DNA of 64,000 nt, from the NCBI GenBank assembly GCA_043747615.1, contig JAYTOU010000066.1, positions 1-64,000 on the forward strand. Reading direction: 5' to 3'. The position numbers and the translations under genes were made by a program. The notes under the pieces are model-generated. The model saw nothing but the letters and a program-made list of their open reading frames with translations. It was not told where the DNA came from and searched no databases. Origin of the DNA: Myxococcales bacterium. Lineage in GTDB: Bacteria > Myxococcota_A > Polyangia > Polyangiales > Polyangiaceae. Positions 17,867-28,149 of this stretch are shown here, piece by piece (the first letter of the stretch is position 1; each line of letters starts with the position of its first letter).

Positions 17867-18879
17867 AGGGAAGCCTCATCGACGCCGGAGAGAGCGCGCG
17901 CGTTTTTGAGCCCTCTACCGTCGCCCTTCGAGTCTGGCTCGATGAATATTTTTCGCATCTGCGGCATCACCGATCGCAGCTTGGCTTCGATGAGGTTCGT
18001 CGTCTCTTCGAGCTCGAACAGCTTGATGTCGGGGCGAAAGGCGATCTTGAGCGCGAGGACGACCTCGTCCGGCCCGAGGTGCATGGTGAGGAGCTGGGTC
18101 ACGCGATCGACCCCTTCGACCTCCTCGACCACCCTGAGCACGTGCGCCTGATCTTCGATCGTTGCGCTCTCGCCGATGAGGAGGCCGTGGGTGACTCTGG
18201 CCAGGATCACCGCCACGGCGCAGAGGAGCACCCCGATGATCAGACTGCCGAGCGGATCCCACCATGCGTTTCCCGTCGCGCCACTGAGCACGACCGCTGC
18301 GAGCGCGATCCCGAGCCCAAACAGCGCCGTGGTGTCCTCTGCTAATACGAGAGGAATGGTTGGGTCGCGCGCTTCAAAGAGCGCCTTGCGAAGTGGCTGG
18401 CCTTTGGCCAGTACCTTGAACTCGCGGAAGGCCACCCGAAAGCTCATGGCCTCGAACAGAAACGAGGTACCGAGCACGCCGTAGTTCAGATACGCGGCGT
18501 GACATGAGATCGTCCTCCCGAAGACGTCGAACTGCAGAACTCCGTTGGCAGGCGTCTCGCCACCGTGGATCAGGTGGATGATCCCTTCGATGATCGCGAA
18601 TGCACCGCCGACGGAGAAGAGCATCAAGGCCACAACGAACGGCCAGAAGTAGCGCTCCGCCGCGCGGCCGAACGGAAATTTTTCGGTCGCTGGCCGGATG
18701 GCGAGCCCGATGCCGATCAACAAAAGCAGCTGATTTCCTGAGTCGGCGAGGGAGTGCACGGCCTCCGCAAGCGTGGCCGTGGAGCCCGAAAGAAAAGCCG
18801 CCGTGAACTTACACACGGCGATGGCGACGTTGCCGGAGAGTGCGGCAATGACCACCTTCTTGGTGTTTGCGGCGGTCAT
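17863..18879 (-). CDS. Cation diffusion facilitator family transporter
   Basis: AEAVHSLADSGNQ, FPFG, AEDTTAL, C-terminal LLTMHLGP..IFIEPD. Confidence 0.92.
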   Translation of the reverse strand: MTAANTKKVVIAALSGNVAIAVCKFTAAFLSGSTATLAEAVHSLADSGNQLLLLIGIGLAIRPATEKFPFGRAAERYFWPFVVALMLFSVGGAFAIIEGIIHLIHGGETPANGVLQFDVFGRTISCHAAYLNYGVLGTSFLFEAMSFRVAFREFKVLAKGQPLRKALFEARDPTIPLVLAEDTTALFGLGIALAAVVLSGATGNAWWDPLGSLIIGVLLCAVAVILARVTHGLLIGESATIEDQAHVLRVVEEVEGVDRVTQLLTMHLGPDEVVLALKIAFRPDIKLFELEETTNLIEAKLRSVMPQMRKIFIEPDSKGDGRGLKNARALSGVDEASL

Positions 18880-18887
18880 GACGAGAG

Positions 18888-19550
18888 CTACTGCGCTTTC
18901 GGGCTGGTGATAATCTTCACCCGCGTGCGCGCGCCCTGGAGGAACGTCGCTTCGGCCGCCCGAAGGCGTTCGTCGACGAACCAGCGCGCAAGCGACTGTC
19001 GGGCCTCGTCGAACTTGAGCTTCCGATACGGGTGGGGCGTCGTACGGTAGACCTCGCGAAGCTGCTCTTCACTCGGATAGAGGAGCGGCGAGATCGCGCG
19101 CTCGATATAAAGCGCGGCTCGTGCGCGGCGTTTGACGAGCGTTGCTACTTCGAAGTCATCCAGGCCTTCGGCCGCCTCGGCTTGCACGAGCATGGCTTCT
19201 CCCCCGACGCGCTGTGCGAGCGATGCGCGGAGCTCAGTGGCAACGCGGAGCAGCTCGGCCTCGTCGGGCTCGCGTTCGAGCGGCAGGTGCGCGAGAATTT
19301 CTTCGGAGATGTGGCGCTCGAGGGCGGTGCGAAGGTGCCTCTCCTGGTAACGAGGCGAGACCGCGTCTTCGTCGGAGAGCGCTTCCAGCCGTGCCTCGAA
19401 GGCGAGGATGCGTTGGGTCACGAACACCGGACGCGCCGCCCCACCCGTCTCCGGCGTGTAAAAACGCACCGCCACCGAATCGACGAGCGTCCCCTCAGCA
19501 AACGCGGAGGTCGAAAAGGCCAGGGCGCACGCGAGAACCCCAAGCCTCAT
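18888..19550 (-). CDS. Exported hypothetical protein, SurA N-terminal-like
   Basis: Start MRLGVLACALAF overlaps the upstream stop (ATGA); VDSVAV.. and ..ARTRVKI resemble SurA core termini. Confidence 0.6.
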   Translation of the reverse strand: MRLGVLACALAFSTSAFAEGTLVDSVAVRFYTPETGGAARPVFVTQRILAFEARLEALSDEDAVSPRYQERHLRTALERHISEEILAHLPLEREPDEAELLRVATELRASLAQRVGGEAMLVQAEAAEGLDDFEVATLVKRRARAALYIERAISPLLYPSEEQLREVYRTTPHPYRKLKFDEARQSLARWFVDERLRAAEATFLQGARTRVKIITSPKAQ

Positions 19551-20356
19551 TCCGCTTCTTTCTCCTCGTCGTTTCCGTCGATCCCGTGCGGGCGCTGGAG
19601 GTCGCGGTCGCGGCCCTCCGCGATTTGATGCTCGTGATGGTGAGCGAATCCGCGAGCCGCGCGGCGGGCCTTCAAGAACTCGGCGAAGGCGACGAGCGTG
19701 TCGAGATCGCGCGGACCGAGCGCTTCGGCCGTCTCGCGGAGGTGCTGCCGGCTCGCTTCTGCGTTTCGCGCGCGGCGACCGCTCGACGATTTCGGACCTT
19801 CTTCTCCAGACAATGGAACGACGCTCTCGGGCGATGGCTCGCTCTCGGGCCCAGGCATTCCCTCGACCCACTGCGGACGCGGCGTCGCGCGGATGGCGTG
19901 CGCGCTCAACCACGCCTCCATGAAGGTCTTCAATCGTTCGCTTCGAAACGTGAACCACTTCTCGCGCTCTTCACCGAAAGACATGAGAACGTCTTTGAAG
20001 CGGCGAAATGCGCCTTTCCCGTCGATCGCTTGGGTGAGCTTTCCCCGGAGATCGAGATCATCGACCATGGGGATGAAGCGCTCCATCCAGCGGTACTGCT
20101 CGCGCGAGCTCACCGGATCGATTCGCAGGTACGTGCCGTCCGAGGCGATCCGCACGTGCATCTGCGGGTCTGCGACGCCATCCACGACGCGAAGAACCTC
20201 GCCGGTCGTCAGATGAAGGTAGCTGTGCACCTCCGGGGCGTTGTTCTCGAAGGCATCTTCGAGCGCTTCCCAGTCCACGGGGACCTCACGGGCGGGACCC
20301 GGGTTCCCCTCCTGAATCAACGTTTCTTCCATCACTTCGGTGGCTCCTTCCAACAA
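19547..20356 (-). CDS. UPF0158 family protein with C-terminal extension (alternative start 20332)
   Basis: YLHLTTGEV, SSREQYRWMERF, AIDGKGAFRRFKDVL, WFTFR. Confidence 0.85.
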   Translation of the reverse strand: MLEGATEVMEETLIQEGNPGPAREVPVDWEALEDAFENNAPEVHSYLHLTTGEVLRVVDGVADPQMHVRIASDGTYLRIDPVSSREQYRWMERFIPMVDDLDLRGKLTQAIDGKGAFRRFKDVLMSFGEEREKWFTFRSERLKTFMEAWLSAHAIRATPRPQWVEGMPGPESEPSPESVVPLSGEEGPKSSSGRRARNAEASRQHLRETAEALGPRDLDTLVAFAEFLKARRAARGFAHHHEHQIAEGRDRDLQRPHGIDGNDEEKEAE

Positions 20357-20533
20357 GACATTAAGCGGCGCCTCTCGACGCGCATTCCACGAGAGCTCGA
20401 CGACCGACCTTGGGCTGGAAGGCGATCGCTGAGGGCAAAGAGGAGAAAAGGAAAGTGGGGCGAGATGAGGCCCCTGACTCTATAGGTTCGCACGCCGGCT
20501 AGCAGCCCGAAAGCCCTTACGCACTCGAGCAAG

Positions 20534-22018
20534 CTAAGCCGAACGAGATCTGCCGACAGCGTCTCTCCACTTCGCCAAGTGAGCGTCCCGCTCGGCCGCC
20601 GCCATTTTCGGCTCGAAGAGCTCCTCGACGTACGCGAGCTTGCTGGCTTCGCTCAACGACGCGAGCCCCGCCCCGACGGCGGCAAGCATGGCGGCGCCAC
20701 GCCCCGTTGACTCGAGCTCCATCGGACGCTCCGCCGTCACCTGTGCAATGTCCGCCTGGAACTGCATGAGCAAATTGTTGCGCGCAGCGCCTCCGTCGAC
20801 GCGCAGGCGTGTGATCGGCCTCTTCGCGTCCTTTGCCATGGCGTCCAGAAGATCCCACACCTCGAGCGCGATGGCCTCGAGCGTGGCGCGAGCGATGTGC
20901 GCGGCCGTCGTGCCGCGGGTGAGCCCGGTGATCGTTCCTCGGGCACCTTGATCCCAATACGGTGCGCCGAGGCCAGCGAGCGCCGGGACGAACGACACCG
21001 TCTCGCTAGATGCGACCTTGCGAGCAAGGGGCTCGATCTCGTCCGCCGAGCGAATGATCCCGAGCCCGTCACGAAGCCACTGCACCGCGGCGCCGGCGAT
21101 GAACGCGCTCCCCTCGAGGGCGTAGGTGACCTTGCCGTCCACCTTCCAAGCCACCGTCGTCACGAGACCGTGAGTGCTGAAGACCGGGCGTGGTCCGATG
21201 TTCATGAGCGCAAAAGCGCCTGTTCCATAGGTGCATTTGGCATCACCTTCCGCGAAGCACGCTTGCCCGAAGAGCGCCGCCTGCTGATCTCCGGCGATGC
21301 CCGCGATCGGGATTCCGTCCGGCAAGAAGCCGACGCCCTTGGTGGCTCCGACCACCTCGGCGCTAGCGACGATCGTGGGAAGCACGCTTGCGGGAACCTG
21401 AAAGAGCGAGAGCAGCTCCGGGTCCCACTCGATGCGCGCGAGGTTCATCAGGAGCGTGCGTGACGCGTTGGTCGCATCGGTGACGTGGACGCTTCCCGCG
21501 GTGAGCTTGCTGACGAGAAAGCTGTCGATCGTACCGAACGCGAGCTCGCCCCTCTCGGCCGCTTTTCGCGCGCCTTCGACGTTGTCGAGGAGCCACGCGA
21601 TCTTCGTCCCAGAAAAATACGCGTCGATGACCAGCCCGGTACGCTCGCGAATTCGGTCTGCGTGACCCGCCCGCTTCAACGCGTCGCACACGTCCGCCGT
21701 GCGTCGGCACTGCCATACGATGGCCCGCGCGATTGGCTCGCCCGTAGCCTTCTCCCAGAGAACCGTCGTCTCGCGCTGGTTGGTGATCCCGATGGCGGCG
21801 ATCTCTTTTGGATCAATCTTCGCGGCCGCGATGGCCAAGGTCACCGACTGCTCGACGGATTTCCAAATTTCCTTCGGGCAGTGCTCGACCCAGCCCGGCT
21901 TCGGAAAGTACTGCGGGAACTCCGCGGTCGATCGGCCGATGGTCTTGCCTTCGAGAGAGACGACGAGCGCCGTCGAGCCGGTGGTCCCTTGGTCAATCGC
22001 GAGGATGTACTTGGCCAT
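20534..22018 (-). CDS. glpK: Glycerol kinase
   Basis: IDQGTTGS, GITNQRETT, YFSGTK, GDQQAALFGQ, KCTYGTG. Confidence 0.97.
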   Translation of the reverse strand: MAKYILAIDQGTTGSTALVVSLEGKTIGRSTAEFPQYFPKPGWVEHCPKEIWKSVEQSVTLAIAAAKIDPKEIAAIGITNQRETTVLWEKATGEPIARAIVWQCRRTADVCDALKRAGHADRIRERTGLVIDAYFSGTKIAWLLDNVEGARKAAERGELAFGTIDSFLVSKLTAGSVHVTDATNASRTLLMNLARIEWDPELLSLFQVPASVLPTIVASAEVVGATKGVGFLPDGIPIAGIAGDQQAALFGQACFAEGDAKCTYGTGAFALMNIGPRPVFSTHGLVTTVAWKVDGKVTYALEGSAFIAGAAVQWLRDGLGIIRSADEIEPLARKVASSETVSFVPALAGLGAPYWDQGARGTITGLTRGTTAAHIARATLEAIALEVWDLLDAMAKDAKRPITRLRVDGGAARNNLLMQFQADIAQVTAERPMELESTGRGAAMLAAVGAGLASLSEASKLAYVEELFEPKMAAAERDAHLAKWRDAVGRSRSA

Positions 22019-22036
22019 GCGCGAAGGTTAGATCGC

Positions 22037-23794
22037 TCAGCGCCACCGCGTCGAACGTGGCCGCGCGAAGAGCGACGAGAGCACGAGCAGAAGCGCGCAG
22101 AAGCAGGCAATTCCCGCGGCGATTCGCGCCAGGTGCTCCTCCGCCCTGAAGTGGAGCTGGAGCGCGGCCGCCCCGCAGGCGATGCCGATCGCCGTGTAAA
22201 CGAGCTGCCGCCCGACCGCGTAGATGGTGCGCGAGCTTTCCTGCAGACCACGCACGCGGACCTCGAGCTCCCCGCGCGTAGCCTTGGTCAGGTACTTGCG
22301 CATGTCGTCGGGGAGGGTCACGGCCTTCATCGCCATGTCCTTGACGGTCTCCATCGCGATCTGGGTCCAGTCACGGTTCCCGAGGACGAAGTCGTTCAAG
22401 TACGGCTCGATGATTCCCATCGGGTTCAAATCCGGATCAAGCATCGTACAGCAGCCATACAACAGGAGGATCGTTCGTTCGAGCAGTACCCAATCCTTGG
22501 GGATATGAAAGGCGCCAGATAGCTCCTTCAAACCAATATTCATCTTCCGCAAATCGAGAAGATTTTCGAACCCTTTCCGGGGGTCGATCTTGATGTCTTT
22601 CAGGTTGAAGCTCTCGAGCTTCACCTCTTCCTGAAAGCGCTCATGGAAGTACTCGATGATCTTTTCGCTCACCCCCGCATCGCTGCTGCGGGAGAGGAAG
22701 CCCATCTTGCGGAGCGCCTTGATGAGCTGGTCGGTGTCACGACGAAGAACGCCCTCCAGGAACTCTGGGATCCCCTCGCGCATGTGCGTGGAGAGCTCGG
22801 CGACGGCTCCGAAATCGAGCAGAATCAAAGCTCCGTCGTCGCGAACCAGGATGTTCCCGGGGTGGGGATCGGCGTGGTAAATCCCATCGACGAAGATCAT
22901 CTGGCAGTAGACGCGCACCAGGCGGGACGCGATCTCTTTCTTGTCGAGCCCGAGCGCGTCGATCCCGGCGAGGTCTACGATCTTGCGTCCTTCGACGAAC
23001 GTACTGGTGAGCACGCGCTTGGTGCAGTACTTGCGAATGGGCGATGGAAACGCCACCCGGGGATTCTGCGCGAAGTTCTTGGCGATTCTTTCGATATTGT
23101 CGGCCTCGGAAATGAAATCAAGCTCTTGCCGTAAGAGGTCTTTGATCTGGTGATAGTAGGCGTCGAGCCCCTGCACCGGAACGAACCACTGAACGATCGT
23201 CATGATCCGGCGAATCGTCTTCAGGTCCAGCCGAACGATCTCGTCGATGTCGCGGTGCTGCACCTTCACCGCCACCCGCGTACCATCCTTCAGCCGCGCT
23301 TCGTGCACTTGCCCGAGAGAGGCGCTGGCGATCGGCGTGCGATGAAAGTCGTCGAAGATGTCGTCGACTTTGCCACCGAGCTCCGCCTCGAGACGCGGAG
23401 CGACATCCGAGTAGGGGCGCGGCGTCACCTGGTCCTGCAGCGTCTCGAGCTCCCCGCGGAATTCCTCGGGTAAAAAATTCGCCATGATCGACAAGAGCTG
23501 GCCGACCTTGATGAAGAGCCCCTGCAGCTCGAGTATCGTCGCCTCGACGCGCAGCGCATTGAGCTTGTGGACCGCCGCAATGCGCTGCTTCCGATAGGTC
23601 GGACCCACGAGCCACGACTTGAACGCGAGCCACAGGTAGCTAAAAATGACCTGGAACGTCGTCCAGTACGCGCGAATGAAGCGCCATTGATTGGCGCCCG
23701 GGGGGCGGTAGTGCCCCTGCTCTCCATGCGAAAGCTCCGACGGTCGGTCGTCGTGCGGGTCGGGATTTTCCACGAGGAGGCTGCGATTGCTCAT
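22037..23794 (-). CDS. ABC1/AarF/UbiB family atypical kinase
   Basis: FIKVGQLLS, ASASLGQVH, VAVKVQ, HADPHPGN, LDFG; two C-terminal TMs. Confidence 0.93.
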   Translation of the reverse strand: MSNRSLLVENPDPHDDRPSELSHGEQGHYRPPGANQWRFIRAYWTTFQVIFSYLWLAFKSWLVGPTYRKQRIAAVHKLNALRVEATILELQGLFIKVGQLLSIMANFLPEEFRGELETLQDQVTPRPYSDVAPRLEAELGGKVDDIFDDFHRTPIASASLGQVHEARLKDGTRVAVKVQHRDIDEIVRLDLKTIRRIMTIVQWFVPVQGLDAYYHQIKDLLRQELDFISEADNIERIAKNFAQNPRVAFPSPIRKYCTKRVLTSTFVEGRKIVDLAGIDALGLDKKEIASRLVRVYCQMIFVDGIYHADPHPGNILVRDDGALILLDFGAVAELSTHMREGIPEFLEGVLRRDTDQLIKALRKMGFLSRSSDAGVSEKIIEYFHERFQEEVKLESFNLKDIKIDPRKGFENLLDLRKMNIGLKELSGAFHIPKDWVLLERTILLLYGCCTMLDPDLNPMGIIEPYLNDFVLGNRDWTQIAMETVKDMAMKAVTLPDDMRKYLTKATRGELEVRVRGLQESSRTIYAVGRQLVYTAIGIACGAAALQLHFRAEEHLARIAAGIACFCALLLVLSSLFARPRSTRWR

Positions 23795-23822
23795 CGCGGG
23801 GCATAGCCTATTCTGTTTGGCG

Positions 23823-24416
23823 ATGGATCGCCGCCTCTTTGGGTTTTTGGTCGTCGCCTTAGCCGCGTGCAACCGGGATCCCGAGCCCGTGTTTCCTCCG
23901 TCGAACCAGCCTTACTCCGGGTATCCGCAGCAGTATCCCCAACAATATCCGCAGCAGCAGCAGCAGCCGTATCCGCAGCAGCAGGCTCGGCCGCAACCCT
24001 CGCCGCCTGCTGCGCAGGGCGATCCTCTCGCGGAGGCCCGCCAGTACACGCTTGCCCGCGTTAACGGCTTCCGCGCGCAGGCCGGACGCGCCCCGCTTCG
24101 ACTGGACGACAGCATCAACGCCTTCTCCCAGGCCGCAAGCCAAGAGCTATCCCGGGATCACACGCCGCACCGCTATTTCCAGACGAACTGGTCGGCCTGC
24201 GCCTGTCGCATCAACGCCGAAAATCAGGGCGACTGGAATGGCGTGCCCCCCGCGCCGGTCCACAACCAGATCGATCAGATGCTCGACCTGATGATCAGCG
24301 AAGGCCCCGGCGGCGGACACTACGAGAACATGCTGTCTCCCAAGTGGACCCGCATGGGCGCGGGGATCGTGAACCCCGGGGGAATGATGTACTTTACAAA
24401 CGATTTCGGGCCGTGA
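23823..24416 (+). CDS. CAP/SCP-domain lipoprotein with Gln/Pro/Tyr linker
   Basis: ALAAC lipobox; VNGFRAQAG, AENQG, GHYENML, YFTNDF. Confidence 0.85.
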   Translation: MDRRLFGFLVVALAACNRDPEPVFPPSNQPYSGYPQQYPQQYPQQQQQPYPQQQARPQPSPPAAQGDPLAEARQYTLARVNGFRAQAGRAPLRLDDSINAFSQAASQELSRDHTPHRYFQTNWSACACRINAENQGDWNGVPPAPVHNQIDQMLDLMISEGPGGGHYENMLSPKWTRMGAGIVNPGGMMYFTNDFGP

Positions 24417-24417
24417 C

Positions 24418-25473
24418 CTAAAGCTCCTGCGCTCGCTCGAAGAGAGCGTCATGGGCCCATGGCCGTGCGTCACGGATCGCCACGTTTTCCCGAGTGGGAT
24501 GCACACGATTGGTGAGCAGCGACATCACGGTCTTCGCGTCCGGATCGATCCACAGGCTCGTCCCGGTGAACCCGAGATGGCCGAACGTTCTCGGCCCTGC
24601 GCGCTCGCCTGCGCTCGATCCTTCGACGCTCTTGCCATCGAAACCCGCGCGCAACGTTCCGCCGGGACGCTCCTCGATCAGCCAAGCCAGGTCTTTCATC
24701 CGGGCGAGCACCTCACGCCCGAAACCGAGCACGCCTTCGACCGTCCCAAAGAGGCCCGCATGCCCCGAGCCTCCGTGGCCCGTGAGCGCCCACGCGTTCT
24801 CGTCGTGAACAAGCCCGCGGATTTCCCCGCCGCGCCAACTCACCACCTCGGTGGGAGCGACGCATTCCACCAGCGAAATTGCAGCTGATTCTAGATCACG
24901 CGCCGTACCGAGCAAGCCCGTTAGGCCGAAGGGATCGATCACCCAGCGATGGATCGCTTCGCCCGCGTCACGCGTCTTGGCGTGCCTGGCGAGGGCCACG
25001 CCCGCGAGGATGTATCCGAGGTCGCTGTAGACCGGCGCAAAGCCTTCGCGAGGAAATTCACCGAGCGCGTCTTCGCGGCGCGCATCGGCGATGACCCGGA
25101 GCGCGGCGCCGACGCTCACGGCGCAGCCGCGGGTCAGCGGCTCGTAGATTGGCAGATGCGACTTGAGCCCCGAGCGGTGCGACAGGAGGAGAACGAGGGG
25201 GCAGCGCCCGCTGCGGGTGCCGCGTAGCTCGGGGACGAACGAGGCAAGGGGGTCATCGATTTTCATCCCACTGCGCGCTGCTGCCACTGCGGTCAGCGGC
25301 TTCGTCAGGCTCGCGAGATCGAAGAATCGCCTTGTTTCACCGCCGATTTCGGAGCGGTCAAGCCTTGCGCACCCTGCCGCACACGCCGGCGCCACCCTCG
25401 ACTCGACCACCCGCTGCGCGATCTCCGCGGCCCGCATGGCCTTCTTATACACCGAGAGTTTTGACCCGCTCAC
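24418..25473 (-). CDS. Serine hydrolase, beta-lactamase class C/esterase family (alternative start 25437)
   Basis: DLASLTK (SxxK), YSDLGY, GHAGLF, GHLGFTGT. Confidence 0.9.
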   Translation of the reverse strand: MSGSKLSVYKKAMRAAEIAQRVVESRVAPACAAGCARLDRSEIGGETRRFFDLASLTKPLTAVAAARSGMKIDDPLASFVPELRGTRSGRCPLVLLLSHRSGLKSHLPIYEPLTRGCAVSVGAALRVIADARREDALGEFPREGFAPVYSDLGYILAGVALARHAKTRDAGEAIHRWVIDPFGLTGLLGTARDLESAAISLVECVAPTEVVSWRGGEIRGLVHDENAWALTGHGGSGHAGLFGTVEGVLGFGREVLARMKDLAWLIEERPGGTLRAGFDGKSVEGSSAGERAGPRTFGHLGFTGTSLWIDPDAKTVMSLLTNRVHPTRENVAIRDARPWAHDALFERAQEL

Positions 25474-25502
25474 CGTGAGAAGCGTACGATTGCAGATACT
25501 TC

Positions 25503-26714
25503 ATGGCGGAATTCGTTTGGGAAGCACGCGCGCGCACCGGCGAGCTGAAGAAGGGGGCGATGGACGCGGAGACGGAAGAGACCGTCTATGCGCGCCTTCG
25601 TCAGCAGCAGCTCACGCCCACGAAGGTCAAAAAGAAGCTCAAGGCTCTGAGCATCAAGTTCGGAAGCGGCGTCTCCGGAAAAGACCTCGTCACCTTCACC
25701 CGCCTCTTCGCCACCATGATCGACGCCGGCCTGCCGATCGTGCAGTGCCTCGACATCCTTCAAGGGCAGACGGAAAATAAGCACTTCGCGGTCGTCCTCC
25801 GGGACGTGAAAGCCAGCGTCGAGCAGGGCGCGACGTTCAGCGATTCGCTCCGCCGCCACCCGAAGGTCTTCGACGACCTCTACACGAACCTCGTTCAGGC
25901 CGGCGAGGTCGGCGGCATCCTCGACACCATCCTGAACCGACTCGCGATCTACTACGAAAAAAACATGAAGCTGATTCGCCAGCTTCGCGGTGCGATGGTC
26001 TATCCGAGCGTCGTTATTTTCGTCTTCCTGGGCGTGCTCGGCGTGCTTCTCGGATGGGTCATTCCGTCGTTCAAGACGATCTTCAAGGATCTCGGATCGA
26101 AGGACGAGCTCCCCGCCCTCACCCAGATGGTCATCGTGGTGTCGGAGGCGTTCATCTCGAACCTCCCGTTCATCATCCTCCTCATGATCGCCGGCACCGT
26201 CTTTGCGGCGTGGGGCTACAAGCAACCGAAGGGGAAGAAGCTCGTCCATCGGGCGGGATTGAACCTTCCGGTCATGGGCCCGGTCCTTCGCAAGATCGCC
26301 GTTGCCCGCTTCACGCGCACGCTGGGCACGCTCCTGTCGTCGGGCGTGCCGATCCTCGATGCGCTCGAAATCGTCGCAAAAACGGCGGGAAACGTGATCA
26401 TCGAAGAAGCCATCATGTACACGCGCCTTCGCATCTCCGAGGGCCGAAACATGGCCGACCCTCTCACGGAGACGAAAGTCTTTCCCCCGATGGTCGTGCA
26501 GATGGTCGGCGTCGGCGAGCAGACCGGCGCGCTCGATGCGATGCTCAGCAAGATCGCAGATTTTTACGAAGACGAAGTAGACGTCGCCGTCGGCGCGCTC
26601 ACCAGCCTGATCGAACCGGTGATGATGGTTGGAGTCGGCGGGACCGTCGGCGTGGTGCTCATCGCGATGTACCTCCCCATCTTCAGCATCGCCGGTAAAA
26701 TCAAAGCGGATTGA
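25503..26714 (+). CDS. pilC: Type IV pilus platform protein PilC (T2SS F family)
   Basis: FTRLFATMIDAGLP, AGEVGGIL, GEQTGALD, AMYLPIF. Confidence 0.95.
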   Translation: MAEFVWEARARTGELKKGAMDAETEETVYARLRQQQLTPTKVKKKLKALSIKFGSGVSGKDLVTFTRLFATMIDAGLPIVQCLDILQGQTENKHFAVVLRDVKASVEQGATFSDSLRRHPKVFDDLYTNLVQAGEVGGILDTILNRLAIYYEKNMKLIRQLRGAMVYPSVVIFVFLGVLGVLLGWVIPSFKTIFKDLGSKDELPALTQMVIVVSEAFISNLPFIILLMIAGTVFAAWGYKQPKGKKLVHRAGLNLPVMGPVLRKIAVARFTRTLGTLLSSGVPILDALEIVAKTAGNVIIEEAIMYTRLRISEGRNMADPLTETKVFPPMVVQMVGVGEQTGALDAMLSKIADFYEDEVDVAVGALTSLIEPVMMVGVGGTVGVVLIAMYLPIFSIAGKIKAD

Positions 26715-26718
26715 TGGC

Positions 26719-27999
26719 ATGAAAGCGGAGCAGGGGCTTACCGGGCGCCTTGCGTGGGTGACGGCGCTTCGCCTTGGGTTTCTTACGCTGCTTCTCGGAG
26801 CGACCGCGTCGTTCTATCTCGGCGGAGAGCTTTCCCGTCCGTTCAGCCTTCGCATCGTCCTCACGATCATCGGAGCGGCGTACGGCCTCGCGGCTGTGTA
26901 CGCGGCGATCTTACGCACCGGAAAGCGCCTCGTCCGCCTCGCCGAAGTGCAGGTCGTGCTCGACCAGCTCACGTGGACTGGAATCGTGTGGGTGTCGGGC
27001 GGCGCAACGAGCGGGGCGACGTCGTTCTATGCCCTCTCCTGTTTGGTCGGCGCGATCCTCATCGGCCGTCGCGGCGCGATCATCGGAGCCGCCTCGGGGA
27101 TCCCCCTCTACGGTCTCCTGTGCGCGGGCTTTCATTGGGGTTGGATCTCCCCTCCGCGCGATCAGCCCCCGTCGCTCTACGCGATCCACACGGCGGAGCT
27201 CATCTATCCGCTCCTTCAAACCAGTCTCGGCATTCTCGTCGTCGCGCTCCTCGCTGGCTACCTCGCCGAGCGCCTCCGCATCACCGACGGAGCCCTGGCG
27301 AAGGCCACGGTGCGTGCCGACGAAGCGGAGCGCCTCGCTGAGCTTGGACGTATCGCGGCGTGGCTGGCTCACGAGATCCGAAACCCGCTGGGCTCGATCT
27401 CCGGATCGATCGAGATGCTTCGCGAGGCCCCGGCCCTGTCGATCGAGGACAAGCAGCTTTGCGACATCGTCCATCGTGAGGCGGCTCGGTTGAACGACCT
27501 CGTCGGAGACATGCTCGATCTGTCGAAGCCGCGCTCGCCAGAACCGAGCGACGTGGACGTTGCTGCGCTCGCCCGTGAGGTGTCGGCGCTTGCGAGTCGC
27601 TCGGCACACGACGGTACGGGCGCGGTCGACGTTCGCTACCTCGGCCCCGCGGGAGCGGCCATGGCCCGCTGCGATGGGCCACAGATGCGCCAGGTTCTGT
27701 GGAACCTCGTGCGCAACGCCGTGCAAGCGAGCCCACCAGGGACGTCGGTCACTGTGGAGGTCACCAACGGCAGCGGCGCCATCGATCTGCTGGTGAGCGA
27801 CTCCGGCCCTGGCCTCAACGAGGAATCCAAGGCGCGCATCTTCGACGCCTTTTACACGACCCGCTCCCACGGCGCCGGCATCGGTCTCGCCGTCGTAAAG
27901 CGAATCATCGACGACCACGCCGGCATGGGCGCGAAGATAACCGCGCAGAACAGGAACGGGAGTGGGGCCGCGTTTCGTGTGTCCCTACGCGCGACGTGA
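26719..27999 (+). CDS. pilS: PilS-like membrane sensor histidine kinase
   Basis: Multi-TM N-terminus with TALRL and GGATS; AHEIRNPL, NLVRNA, DSGPG, GAGIGL; directly after pilC. Confidence 0.8.
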   Translation: MKAEQGLTGRLAWVTALRLGFLTLLLGATASFYLGGELSRPFSLRIVLTIIGAAYGLAAVYAAILRTGKRLVRLAEVQVVLDQLTWTGIVWVSGGATSGATSFYALSCLVGAILIGRRGAIIGAASGIPLYGLLCAGFHWGWISPPRDQPPSLYAIHTAELIYPLLQTSLGILVVALLAGYLAERLRITDGALAKATVRADEAERLAELGRIAAWLAHEIRNPLGSISGSIEMLREAPALSIEDKQLCDIVHREAARLNDLVGDMLDLSKPRSPEPSDVDVAALAREVSALASRSAHDGTGAVDVRYLGPAGAAMARCDGPQMRQVLWNLVRNAVQASPPGTSVTVEVTNGSGAIDLLVSDSGPGLNEESKARIFDAFYTTRSHGAGIGLAVVKRIIDDHAGMGAKITAQNRNGSGAAFRVSLRAT

Positions 28000-28149
28000 A
28001 TGAATGGCGGACCTACACCGTCTATCTCCGCGAACACCCCAATTGCTGCGCTTTGTGGTAGCGAAAGAGGTGGAACGTCTCGAAATTTAGGGCATCTAAG
28101 CACGTAGACCCGAAATGTTGCGAGAGTGAAAGAAGGGCCGGAGGCCGCT

